A stretch of DNA of 64,000 nucleotides from an uncultured Pelagibacteraceae bacterium (GTDB taxonomy: Bacteria > Pseudomonadota > Alphaproteobacteria > Pelagibacterales > Pelagibacteraceae): the NCBI GenBank assembly GCA_902603945.1, contig CACKWP010000001.1, positions 38,742 through 102,741 of the forward strand, read 5' to 3'. Of the stretch, positions 8,247-16,883 are shown piece after piece; the stretch's first letter is position 1; every line of letters starts with the position of its first letter. The translations under genes were made by a program, and so were the position numbers. Under the pieces are notes generated by a model, which ran no database searches, had not been told where the DNA came from, and was given only the letters and a program-made list of their open reading frames with translations.

Positions 8247-9194
8247 CTAAATATATTTTAAAATGTTTTTAGCTGGAAGTGTTTTTTTAATCCAGGAAGA
8301 TGGAATATTTTCGAAACCTTTTAAAGCTGCAAAGTAAGCTCCAACAAAATTAGCCCTACTGCAGTTACAACCGCCCGCTTTAATAGTTTTGTGAACTGCA
8401 TCTTTATATGTTTTAGAAGTAATCATAGCGTGAACAGAGCCCATAAAAGTTCCGGGATAACTGCAGGCTTTTCCAAATTTCTTAACAACACTAATGTGGT
8501 TTTTATTTTTGTATCTTAAAACTTTTTTTATATTCGCAACTACGTCCTTAAAATATCTATTTTTTTTGTATTTCCTAAGAAACGTTAGTATAGGGTTTTT
8601 CTCACCATTAGCAGCTAAATCTATAATCTTTAATTTTGCCATAGCGTAGGTTTCATTAATCTTGGAGTTAGCTACGCTTTTGACTACTTTTTTTAAATCT
8701 TTTTCATTATTATTATAAAGATAATAAGGAAGTGCAGCGCAGTAACCATCGGACTCATTAACCTTTGTTCCTCCGGTGATGTTTTTTTTTGCTTTAATAT
8801 TTTGGATTGTCTCAAGTATATTTTGATGTATCCAAGGACCATTCATAGGTTTTTTCCATTTAATCTTTTTATATTTTTTTCTGAGTTTAAGGTTTCTCCA
8901 ATAAGCAGAGCCTGGACCAAAATTTTTTATAATATTTTTTTTAAAGTTTTTTAAAATTTCAGATTTGTTTTTAGTTGTTGTTAATGTTTTAAACATAACC
9001 TGGCCTACATCATTATAACCAGAAACATTTCCTGTTTTGACCGAATAAAAAGGACTTTTGTTTTGTTTTAAAAAAGTGATTACTTTTTTATCTTTTATAT
9101 AACTTTTTAATTTCTTAGGATCATAAACCCAATGTAAAGGTCTCGTTGCAGCATCTGCGACTGTCGCCCCTAGGAAAATATTTAAATTATTCAT
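8247..9194 (-). CDS. ADP-ribosylglycohydrolase-fold protein, SelJ/J1-crystallin-like
   Basis: ADAATRPLHW, GPWIH, AGGCNCSRA, IPSSW; start moved to the ATG at 9194 overlapping the rlmN stop. Confidence 0.75.
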   Translation of the reverse strand: MNNLNIFLGATVADAATRPLHWVYDPKKLKSYIKDKKVITFLKQNKSPFYSVKTGNVSGYNDVGQVMFKTLTTTKNKSEILKNFKKNIIKNFGPGSAYWRNLKLRKKYKKIKWKKPMNGPWIHQNILETIQNIKAKKNITGGTKVNESDGYCAALPYYLYNNNEKDLKKVVKSVANSKINETYAMAKLKIIDLAANGEKNPILTFLRKYKKNRYFKDVVANIKKVLRYKNKNHISVVKKFGKACSYPGTFMGSVHAMITSKTYKDAVHKTIKAGGCNCSRANFVGAYFAALKGFENIPSSWIKKTLPAKNILKYI

Positions 9195-10278
9195 TATGTA
9201 TAGCTTTATTATTAGCCAAAGATCCACAAGATGCATTTATGTCTCTACCTCTGCTTCTTCTAAATAGAGAAAGAAATCCAGCTTCTTGTATTGTTTTAGA
9301 AAACTTATCAATGTTTTCTTGAGTTGCTGGTTTGAAATCTTTATTTGATAGAGGATTAAACTCAATCAAATTTAATTTTGAAGGAACTTTTTTCATAATC
9401 TTTATTAGTTCGTTAGCGTGTTCATCTGTTAAATTCTCATCTAAACATATCCACTCAATAAAAATAGGTAATTTTGTTTTTTCATAATATTTTTTTAATT
9501 TTGGTAACAATGAATTAATTGAATATTTATCATTTATTGGCATTAATTCTGATCTGTGTTTTGATATAGAACTATGTAAACTCCATGCAAGATAAACATC
9601 TAACTCGTTAGCGGCCCACTCTATTGCATCTAAATTGTCTTTTTTAGTTCCCACTCCAACTGTGCTTACTGTAATTCTAGTTCTTCCGTACTCCAAGCCA
9701 TCTTTATTTTTTGAATTGTCTATAGCAACTTTTACATTATCTAAATTCAGAAAAGGCGAGCCTTCACCCATCAATACTTGATTGGTAATTTTTTTCTGTG
9801 TAGACCAATCGTTAATATAATCTTTGCTTAAAATTATTTGTGAAATTATTTCTCCAGGTGACAAATTCCTTACTAATTTTTTAGAAATTTGAGCTGTTGC
9901 ACAAAATTCGCAAGAGAGATAACAGCCCACTGATACAGATAAACAAATTGTATATCTGCTTTGGGATTTATCCGGAATAAGGACTGTCTCAACATTACGT
10001 TTATCTTTAAGCTCTAAAAGAAATTTTATAGTACCATCCTTAGATTTTTGAACATCTATAATTTTTGGTTTTTCTAAACTAATCAAATCTTTGATCTTAC
10101 CTCTAAGTTCAACTCCAAATGTTGTTAGCTCATCAAAACTTTTAATATTTTTTTTATAAACTGCATTAAAGAGTTGTTGAGACCTCATCTTAGCTTTTTT
10201 TGGCTCAACTTCTCCTTTTTCAATTAAAAAAGCTTTTAGTTGATCAAAATTAAGATCATAAAAATTTTGTTTTTCCAT
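9187..10278 (-). CDS. rlmN: RlmN-family radical SAM RNA methyltransferase
   Basis: DGTIKFL, VETV, CxxxCxxC (CYLSCEFC), RITVSTVG, SLH, DINASCG. Confidence 0.87.
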   Translation of the reverse strand: MEKQNFYDLNFDQLKAFLIEKGEVEPKKAKMRSQQLFNAVYKKNIKSFDELTTFGVELRGKIKDLISLEKPKIIDVQKSKDGTIKFLLELKDKRNVETVLIPDKSQSRYTICLSVSVGCYLSCEFCATAQISKKLVRNLSPGEIISQIILSKDYINDWSTQKKITNQVLMGEGSPFLNLDNVKVAIDNSKNKDGLEYGRTRITVSTVGVGTKKDNLDAIEWAANELDVYLAWSLHSSISKHRSELMPINDKYSINSLLPKLKKYYEKTKLPIFIEWICLDENLTDEHANELIKIMKKVPSKLNLIEFNPLSNKDFKPATQENIDKFSKTIQEAGFLSLFRRSRGRDINASCGSLANNKAIHNE

Positions 10279-10300
10279 TGAGGGGATATTAAAGACTTGA

Positions 10301-10322
10301 GTGGGGATTTTAAAGTCCCCAC
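10301..10322 (-). terminator. Hairpin downstream of the small ORF
   Basis: GTGGGGA-TTTTAAAG-TCCCCAC inverted repeat. Confidence 0.6.
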
Positions 10323-10334
10323 CCTATAAAAGTT

Positions 10335-10526
10335 TTAAAGCTGATTTTTTTCAGTTTTTAAATGCTTCAAAATTTTTCCGGAATTTTTTCCGTTTTTAAC
10401 CAAATAACCAGCCGTTCCATTGGCGTTAGCCTCAGGGGCTTTTTGGTTTTTACTTAACTGCATTGAGAGTTTCTGCTCAGCTTTTTTAACGGCAGAATTT
10501 CCATACAGTTTGCTAAATCTATTCAT
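10335..10526 (-). CDS. Small basic hypothetical protein (63 aa)
   Basis: AAGGAG SD 5 nt before the ATG at 10526; own promoter, leader and terminator. Confidence 0.75.
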   Translation of the reverse strand: MNRFSKLYGNSAVKKAEQKLSMQLSKNQKAPEANANGTAGYLVKNGKNSGKILKHLKTEKNQL

Positions 10527-10614
10527 AGCAACTCCTTTCATTTCTACCGACTTTGCAACCCTTTATAGGTCAGGCATGTCGAATGCCTCGTCTTTTTTCC
10601 CATGACAGATGGGT
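10527..10614 (-). promoter_or_regulatory. Structured GC-rich 5' leader with three stem-loops
   Basis: CCCAT/ATGGG (10599-10613), AGGCAT/ATGCCT (10572-10588) and CCT/AGG stems. Confidence 0.55.
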
Positions 10615-10620
10615 TAGTAA

Positions 10621-10648
10621 ACTTTAATATAAGGTTTATATTTGTCAA
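10621..10648 (-). promoter_or_regulatory. sigma70-like promoter
   Basis: TTGACA-16 nt-TAAAGT on the minus strand, placing the TSS at about 10614. Confidence 0.55.
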
Positions 10649-10803
10649 TGGATAATAAGCTTTTAGGTGTAATCATTATAGGTTTTGGTCTATTAGTTCT
10701 TTTCAGCGAACAAGAATACTCGTGGGTTATATCAGCTATTGCAGTGGGGATAGGTTCGGGATTTCTAATACGGAAAAGTGAAAAAAATGATATAGACAAA
10801 TAA
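10648..10803 (+). CDS. Small two-helix membrane protein (51 aa), not in ORF track
   Basis: MDNKLLGVIIIGFGLLVLFSEQEYSWVISAIAVGIGSGFLIRKSEKNDIDK; ends 2 nt before the next gene. Confidence 0.6.
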   Translation: MDNKLLGVIIIGFGLLVLFSEQEYSWVISAIAVGIGSGFLIRKSEKNDIDK

Positions 10804-10805
10804 AG

Positions 10806-11384
10806 ATGTCTAAAAAAATTTTTATTGTTTATGGCCATCACGACATAAAAAAATCATTTAATGCTTCTGTAAGAGATGCTTTTATCGAAGAAGCAAAAAA
10901 ATTAGGTCATCAAATTGATTTAATTAATTTACATGAGGAAAAACCAATTCCTTTTTTTGATGGTTCTGGACCTAACGATCAAATTTTAGATTATAGAAAA
11001 AGATTAGAAGCAAGTGATGTATTATTTATGATTTCACCTTGTTATAATCTTAGAGCAACTGCAATTTTAGAAAATTGGATTGATCTAACTTTAGCTCCTA
11101 AATGGTTTTTCTCATTTAAAAGACTTGTTGGTAATTGGGGTTACCCAGTTGCAGGTGCGATGAAAGGTAGAAAAGCTATAATGTCAATGTCTTACGGTGG
11201 AAATTGGTTTTCAATTCAAACCTGGTTTCAAAATATTCCATTTAGAAGAATTAAAGCAGGAGTTTTAAAGCTTGGTGGAATGGAAACAACCTACATAAGA
11301 TTTTATGAAGTTTTGCCAGGTATGACAAAAGAAAAATTTGACTCACACATGCAAAAAGTAAGAAAACTAGTGCGAAATTTATAA
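10806..11384 (+). CDS. Flavodoxin-like NAD(P)H-dependent (quinone) oxidoreductase
   Basis: IFIVYGH..KSFN, SPCY..AILENWID, KGRKA..SYGG. Confidence 0.8.
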   Translation: MSKKIFIVYGHHDIKKSFNASVRDAFIEEAKKLGHQIDLINLHEEKPIPFFDGSGPNDQILDYRKRLEASDVLFMISPCYNLRATAILENWIDLTLAPKWFFSFKRLVGNWGYPVAGAMKGRKAIMSMSYGGNWFSIQTWFQNIPFRRIKAGVLKLGGMETTYIRFYEVLPGMTKEKFDSHMQKVRKLVRNL

Positions 11385-11421
11385 TAATTTAAATTTTAAT
11401 TTAAAAAGTATATAAGAAAAC

Positions 11422-11868
11422 ATGGAAAGTTTTAAAAATTGGATGACTGAAGCTGCTAACATCATGTTTGATGATAGCAAAAACGACTTAAGAAGCTTAC
11501 CAAAGTCTGTAAGACTTCAAATATTAATTGTTTTGTCGTTTGTTTGGTCCACTGTGTTTAGTCTCTATGTATTTAGTGTAACCTCTTTTATTTTTGGTTG
11601 GGCTGGAGTAGTAATGGCACATATTGGGTTAATAATAGCTGTTTACTTAACATTTAAATTTTTTCATAAAAAACAAGAACAGCCAGTCAGTGTATTTCAA
11701 TCCGGAAATTATAACCCAGCAAAAATATTTGCAGTTTTTTTCATTGTTTTTTTTATCTTTATTTTCACTAAAGGAATTGATGTTTTAACAAGAACTAATA
11801 GTTACGAAACCCCATATTCTGGTCCTGAAACAACCACTGAAGAAAGAATCAAAAGATTTGTAAAATAG
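11422..11868 (+). CDS. Hypothetical membrane protein (about 3 TM)
   Basis: Three hydrophobic segments; fills the gap in a same-strand run. Confidence 0.7.
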   Translation: MESFKNWMTEAANIMFDDSKNDLRSLPKSVRLQILIVLSFVWSTVFSLYVFSVTSFIFGWAGVVMAHIGLIIAVYLTFKFFHKKQEQPVSVFQSGNYNPAKIFAVFFIVFFIFIFTKGIDVLTRTNSYETPYSGPETTTEERIKRFVK

Positions 11869-11892
11869 CGATTCTAAGATTAAAATTAATTA

Positions 11893-12729
11893 ATGAAATT
11901 ACTAAGAGTTGGTGAGTTAGGAAGTGAAATTGTTGCAGCCATAGATAGTAATAATGTCATTAGAGATTTATCAGATCACATTAAAGATTTAAATCCACAG
12001 ACAATTAATGAAGAAACATTAAATAGATTAAAAAGAATAAAATTATCTGAACTCAAGGAAATCAACTCAAATATTAGAATTGGTGCTTGCATCTCAAATC
12101 CCGTAGATTTTTTAGCGATAGGTTTAAACTATAAAGCACATGCAGAAGGCACCAAATCAAAATTACCAACCGAACCTATTGTTTTTAATAAAAGCTCTGG
12201 ATGTATTCAGGGGCCTAATGATCAAATAACAAAACCTAAGTCTGCAAATAAAATGGATTACGAAGTTGAAGTTGGTATGATCATTGGTAAGGAAGGCAAA
12301 TATATTAAAGAGGAAAATGCTCAAGATTATGTATTTGGCTATTGTATAGTTAATGACATATCTGAAAGATCTTGGCAAAAAGAAAGAGGTGGTCAATGGA
12401 TCAAAGGTAAATCTATAGCAGGACCTACAGGGCCTTACCTTGTGACTAAAGATGAAATAAAAAACTTAAAGAATATTAATTTAGCGTTAGATGTAAATGG
12501 CAACAGAAGACAAACTGGAAATACAGAAAGAATGATTTTTAATTTCAATTTTTTAATTTCTCACTTAAGTCAATTTATGACTTTATATCCTGGGACAATT
12601 ATCACCACCGGGACACCTGCGGGTACGGCAATGGAAATGGAAAAACCTGAATTTCTAAAAGCAGGTGACAAACTTCACTTAAAAGTAGATGGACTAGGTG
12701 AGCAATTCCATGAAATAATAGACGAATAA
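11893..12729 (+). CDS. Fumarylacetoacetate hydrolase family protein
   Basis: IGLNY..H, DYEVE, NDISER, GPYLVT, TGTPAG. Confidence 0.9.
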   Translation: MKLLRVGELGSEIVAAIDSNNVIRDLSDHIKDLNPQTINEETLNRLKRIKLSELKEINSNIRIGACISNPVDFLAIGLNYKAHAEGTKSKLPTEPIVFNKSSGCIQGPNDQITKPKSANKMDYEVEVGMIIGKEGKYIKEENAQDYVFGYCIVNDISERSWQKERGGQWIKGKSIAGPTGPYLVTKDEIKNLKNINLALDVNGNRRQTGNTERMIFNFNFLISHLSQFMTLYPGTIITTGTPAGTAMEMEKPEFLKAGDKLHLKVDGLGEQFHEIIDE

Positions 12730-12731
12730 GT

Positions 12732-12842
12732 ATGTCAAAAAGATATTCAGGTAAAAGTCAAAAAGATAGAAGCTTTATGAAAAAAGCAAAGTTATCTTTA
12801 AGAGAAAAGAGAAAGCTTAAAAGAGAGAGAAAAAATAAATAA
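12732..12842 (+). CDS. Highly basic micro-protein (36 aa), not in ORF track
   Basis: MSKRYSGKSQKDRSFMKKAKLSLREKRKLKRERKNK; exactly fills the gap; stop overlaps the next ATG (TAATG). Confidence 0.55.
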   Translation: MSKRYSGKSQKDRSFMKKAKLSLREKRKLKRERKNK

Positions 12843-13468
12843 TGTGTGGAAGATATAGTATCCGGAAACCAGTTACTAAAACAGTAGATATAGTTAAAAC
12901 AAACATTAAAGTTGAAGACAGTGATAACTATAATGCTCATCCTACCCAGCAACTACCAATAATAAAATCTTACACAAATGGAAAAGCACTTGAATTATGT
13001 GAATGGGGATTAGTCCCTGCTTGGTCAAAAAAGCTTGATAAGTTTTCTCCTCTGATTAATGCTAGAAAAGAGACATTAATGGAAAAAATTACATTTAAAA
13101 ACCTTATTCAAACCTCAAGGTGTATCGTGCCTGCGGATGGTTATTACGAATGGAAAAGAGAAGATAAAACTAAAACTCCTTATTATTTTACTAAAGAAAA
13201 TAATGAACTTATATTCTTTGCGGCTATATATCAGAAAAATCAATTTTGTCTAATTACAAGAGAGGCAACTGAAAAAGTAAGTGCAATTCATCATAGAGAG
13301 CCTCTGATTATTAATCAAAGTCAAATAAACAACTATTTAAATGTTAAAAAAAATGCTATGGAAATTTTAAATTCAATAAAGCCACCAGTACTAAAGTTTC
13401 ATGAGATATCGAAAGATATTAATAACCCAATTAATAACGACCCTGCTTTAATTAAACCTTTAAACTAA
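12842..13468 (+). CDS. SRAP/HMCES (YedK-like) abasic-site processing protein
   Basis: MCGRY N-terminus, WGLVP, INAR, RCIVPADGYYEW, IHHR. Confidence 0.92.
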   Translation: MCGRYSIRKPVTKTVDIVKTNIKVEDSDNYNAHPTQQLPIIKSYTNGKALELCEWGLVPAWSKKLDKFSPLINARKETLMEKITFKNLIQTSRCIVPADGYYEWKREDKTKTPYYFTKENNELIFFAAIYQKNQFCLITREATEKVSAIHHREPLIINQSQINNYLNVKKNAMEILNSIKPPVLKFHEISKDINNPINNDPALIKPLN

Positions 13469-14278
13469 ATGAATTTATCTATCTCACCAGGAAAAAATAA
13501 TGTTGGAGCTTATATCAATGATATTAATTTAAGATCCCTAGATCAACATCAAGCAAAAGAAATCAAAAAGATTTTAAACCAATACGGGGTGATATTTATT
13601 AAAGAACAAAACCTTGATCCTGAAACTTATCAAAATTTTGCAAAAACTATAGGTCAACCCGTAGTGTATCCAAGACTTAAGGGCTTAGATGAAAAATTTC
13701 CATTTATAAATGTAATCGAAAGAAAGCCTGATGATAAAAATTTAAGTTTTGGTTCTAGCTGGCTTCATCAAGACACAAGTTATTTATTTAAAGATAGACC
13801 TAGATATACAATGTTAATGGGTATGGAAATACCAGTTGGCCAAGGTAATACTATATTCTCATCTGGCTTTAATGCTTATGAAAAGTTGCCAGACGACATC
13901 AAAGAAAAAATCAAAGGTGCTACTGGGGTTTTTTCATCAGCAGGCCCGATAGCAGTAACAAGACTTGAACGAGAAAAAGAAATGGGCATTAAATCTTCAG
14001 AAAGTATGGAGGCTGAACATCCAATAGTTATTACCGTTGACGGAAAAAAAACTTTATATGTTTCTCCAGGACATTTAATGAAAATTAAAAATGTAAAAAA
14101 AGAAGAGGCTGAATATTTAAAAAATTTTTTAGTAGAACACGTAAACAAAGAGGAGTTCATATTTTCTTATGAGTGGACTAAAGGTGATATTTGTCTTTGG
14201 GATAATTTAAGTATTTTACATATGGCCAGTGAAATAAAGAACTGTAAAAGAGTAATGCATAGAATAACAATTAAGTAA
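13469..14278 (+). CDS. TauD/TfdA-family Fe(II)/2-oxoglutarate dioxygenase
   Basis: HQD facial-triad motif, AEHPIV, WDN..LH, MHRIT. Confidence 0.88.
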   Translation: MNLSISPGKNNVGAYINDINLRSLDQHQAKEIKKILNQYGVIFIKEQNLDPETYQNFAKTIGQPVVYPRLKGLDEKFPFINVIERKPDDKNLSFGSSWLHQDTSYLFKDRPRYTMLMGMEIPVGQGNTIFSSGFNAYEKLPDDIKEKIKGATGVFSSAGPIAVTRLEREKEMGIKSSESMEAEHPIVITVDGKKTLYVSPGHLMKIKNVKKEEAEYLKNFLVEHVNKEEFIFSYEWTKGDICLWDNLSILHMASEIKNCKRVMHRITIK

Positions 14279-15322
14279 TTATTTTTTTAAAATGGTAAGG
14301 TGTCCCATTTTTCTTTTATCTTTAATAGATTTTTTTCCATAGTCATAAAAAAATTCACCTTTATTGAATGTTTTCGATCTATAGGTTTCGATATCTTTTC
14401 CTAAGATATTAAACATTTCAGCGTTAGAAATTTTTTCAACTTTTTTTATACCAAGATTACACACGGCTGCTACATGTCCAGAAAATTGACTTAAGGAGAA
14501 CGCATTTATTGTTAAGTGACCTGAATTATGCACCCTTGGAGCAATTTCATTAACTAATAAATTATCATCTTGATCGATGAAATATTCAACGCACATCGTA
14601 CCAACGTAATCTAATTTTTCTGAGATAAGTTTTGCATTATTCTGTGCTTGAGCAAAAATTTCTTGATTAATTGCTGCAGGAATTTTGGAATGATTTAAAA
14701 TTTGGTCTTTATGAATATTTTCTATAGGCTCATAAATATAACTTTCCCCATTTAAATATCTTGTGATTACAACTGATATCTCTTTCTTTAGGTTTACTTT
14801 CTTTTCTAAAATATAATCTGCTGTGAAGCACCAATCTTTTTTTACATCAGCGAGAGAGTTTAAAACAAATTGTCCATGTCCATCATAACCAAGTGTGTTT
14901 GACTTTAAGATACCAGGTAATAAGTTTTGATTCTTTTCAACGTCTTCAGCCTGTTTAATAAAAGCCCAATCTGTCGTTTTAATACCCAAATCATTAATAA
15001 AAGTTTTTTCTAACTTTCTGTTTTGAATTATTTTGTTTATTTCAGGTTTAGGTAAGACCTTTTTCTTTGATTCTATTTTTTTTAAAATATCTACTGGTAT
15101 ATTTTCAAATTCGAAAGTTACAATATCCACTTTATCAATAAATTCTTTTACTTTATATTCATCATCATATTTTGAATAAATAAACTCATCAGAGAAATTT
15201 TGTGCAGGACCTTGTTCATCATCAGATATAACTATTGTTTTAACATTAAGTTTTTTAGCTGCCTGACAAAGTAGTGAACCTAATTGTCCTGAGCCTATTA
15301 TCCCTAAAGTGATGTCAGACAT
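14279..15322 (-). CDS. purK: 5-(carboxyamino)imidazole ribonucleotide synthase
   Basis: GSGQLG, TFEFENIP, GYDGHGQ, NEIAPRVHNSGH, RKMGH. Confidence 0.95.
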   Translation of the reverse strand: MSDITLGIIGSGQLGSLLCQAAKKLNVKTIVISDDEQGPAQNFSDEFIYSKYDDEYKVKEFIDKVDIVTFEFENIPVDILKKIESKKKVLPKPEINKIIQNRKLEKTFINDLGIKTTDWAFIKQAEDVEKNQNLLPGILKSNTLGYDGHGQFVLNSLADVKKDWCFTADYILEKKVNLKKEISVVITRYLNGESYIYEPIENIHKDQILNHSKIPAAINQEIFAQAQNNAKLISEKLDYVGTMCVEYFIDQDDNLLVNEIAPRVHNSGHLTINAFSLSQFSGHVAAVCNLGIKKVEKISNAEMFNILGKDIETYRSKTFNKGEFFYDYGKKSIKDKRKMGHLTILKK

Positions 15323-15325
15323 TTA

Positions 15326-15814
15326 TTATTTAGGTTTTTTTTTAATTGATTGAGATTGTGTTCGTCTCCACTTTTCTAAATTAGTCTTAATTTTTTCATC
15401 AAAATTACCAATAATAGAAGCAGCTAGAATACCTGCGTTAAAAGCACCATCTATCGCTAAACATCCTACAGCAACCCCTTTTGGCATTTGCGCCATTGAT
15501 AATAGACTATCAAGACCTTTAAGTTTTTTAGTTTCCATTGGAACTCCTAAAACAGGTAAAGAAGTTAAAGATGCAACCATACCCGCTAAATGAGCAGCAC
15601 CACCAGCTCCAGCTATTATAACACCAAAACCATTTTTTTCGGCGGCTCCAGCAAAATCGAACATCCTCTTAGGTGTTCTGTGAGCACTAACTATTAAAAC
15701 TTTATACTTAATTTTAAGGGTTTTAAGGATTTTCTCACAATCTTTCATTATAGAGTAATCGGACTGGGACCCCATAATAATAGCTACTTTTGAATTTTGT
15801 TTCTTACTTTTCAC
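15326..15814 (-). CDS. purE: N5-CAIR mutase
   Basis: IIMGSQSD, SAHRTP, AGAGGAAHLAGM, QMPKG. Confidence 0.96.
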   Translation of the reverse strand: MKSKKQNSKVAIIMGSQSDYSIMKDCEKILKTLKIKYKVLIVSAHRTPKRMFDFAGAAEKNGFGVIIAGAGGAAHLAGMVASLTSLPVLGVPMETKKLKGLDSLLSMAQMPKGVAVGCLAIDGAFNAGILAASIIGNFDEKIKTNLEKWRRTQSQSIKKKPK

Positions 15815-15842
15815 AAACTAATTTAACAATTATAGCTATAAA

Positions 15843-15875
15843 AACAATGGCCTAATGTTTATTAAGCCATTTGTT
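15843..15875 (-). terminator. Intrinsic terminator-like hairpin upstream of purE
   Basis: AACAAATGGCTTAAT-AAAC-ATTAGGCCATTGTT followed by a T-run on the minus strand. Confidence 0.55.
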
Positions 15876-15891
15876 ATGAGGAGAAAAAAGA

Positions 15892-16011
15892 TTAAGTTCT
15901 TACTCTAAAAAGCAAAGCTTTTGGGGAGTTTTGAAGCTCAAAGAGAGAAATTTTTTTAAATTTTTTGATTGAGTTCTTATTTTTGTTTTTCTTATACTGT
16001 TTAAATTTCAT
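15892..16011 (-). CDS. Lys-rich micro-ORF (39 aa), not in ORF track
   Basis: AAAGGA SD; MKFKQYKKNKNKNSIKKFKKISLFELQNSPKALLFRVRT; followed by a terminator hairpin. Confidence 0.45.
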   Translation of the reverse strand: MKFKQYKKNKNKNSIKKFKKISLFELQNSPKALLFRVRT

Positions 16012-16118
16012 ATTTCCTTTTTAATACAATTAAAAAATTATGAGTAATGCTAAAATTGCAAACTTGATTTGTGTTTAACTCTGAATTCTGGCGAAGGTAT
16101 GTCACCTATAAGTCAAAT

Positions 16119-16514
16119 TTATATTTTTTCTAATAATTTTTTTGACAGCCTGCTTATCGACCCATTACTGTCAATCACAGCCAGTTCAATTTCAGCTATG
16201 ACCAAAGCCTCATTGTCTCTTACAACTTCTTGTTTAAGGTTCAATCGAACAGGAGTTTTATTTAAAATGTGAGTATGAACCTCTAAATTATCCTCAAATT
16301 TAGCGGATTTAAGATATTTAACGTTACATTCTCTGACCACGAATATTACATTAAACTTTCTATTAAGCTGGGAATGATTTAATCCTAGATGATCATAGAT
16401 CATTTCCGTTCTGGCTCTTTCGATAAAATGGAGGTATCTTGCATAATAAACTATCCCACCTGCATCAGTGTCCTCGTAGTAAACTTTAGTTTTGTAAGTA
16501 TGGAATTTAGACAT
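16119..16514 (-). CDS. ybgC: YbgC-family acyl-CoA thioesterase
   Basis: VYYEDTDAGGIVYYARYL..ERARTE. Confidence 0.88.
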   Translation of the reverse strand: MSKFHTYKTKVYYEDTDAGGIVYYARYLHFIERARTEMIYDHLGLNHSQLNRKFNVIFVVRECNVKYLKSAKFEDNLEVHTHILNKTPVRLNLKQEVVRDNEALVIAEIELAVIDSNGSISRLSKKLLEKI

Positions 16515-16619
16515 GCTAAAACATAGTATTAAAAAATAGAGTTTTCAAGAAAGTTAAAATTCTTTTTTTGGTCTAAATTATGCCCAGCAAAGTGCGGAAT
16601 TTCTAATTAACTTCAAGTT

Positions 16620-16823
16620 ATGAAAACATTATCAATTATATCTTTATTGCTTTTATTGACTAACTGTGCTGGTGGTAACATGGCAAAAGTAAAAATTGGC
16701 AAACGTTGTACAATTGCTGATGCTAGCCAATTACAAGAGTCATCTTATGTTTGGATAGTTAGCAAAGAGGCTCAAAAAGATTTTGACAAAAGAATTAATA
16801 AGTCAAATTGTCTAGACAGCTAA
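16620..16823 (+). CDS. Small lipoprotein
   Basis: Signal peptide with LLTNC lipobox-like motif. Confidence 0.7.
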   Translation: MKTLSIISLLLLLTNCAGGNMAKVKIGKRCTIADASQLQESSYVWIVSKEAQKDFDKRINKSNCLDS

Positions 16824-16851
16824 ATAGTTATTTAAAATAAAATAATTTATG

Positions 16852-16883
16852 ATAATAAGGGGTATGAGTGTACCCCTTATTAT
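16852..16883 (+). promoter_or_regulatory. Perfect 13-bp hairpin (terminator or SD/start-sequestering stem)
   Basis: ATAATAAGGGGTA-TGAGTG-TACCCCTTATTAT. Confidence 0.6.

Noticed and set aside
10614-10841. 75-aa minus-strand ORF in the track
   Set aside because: Shadow of the plus-strand 51-aa membrane ORF; it overlaps the next gene and a promoter
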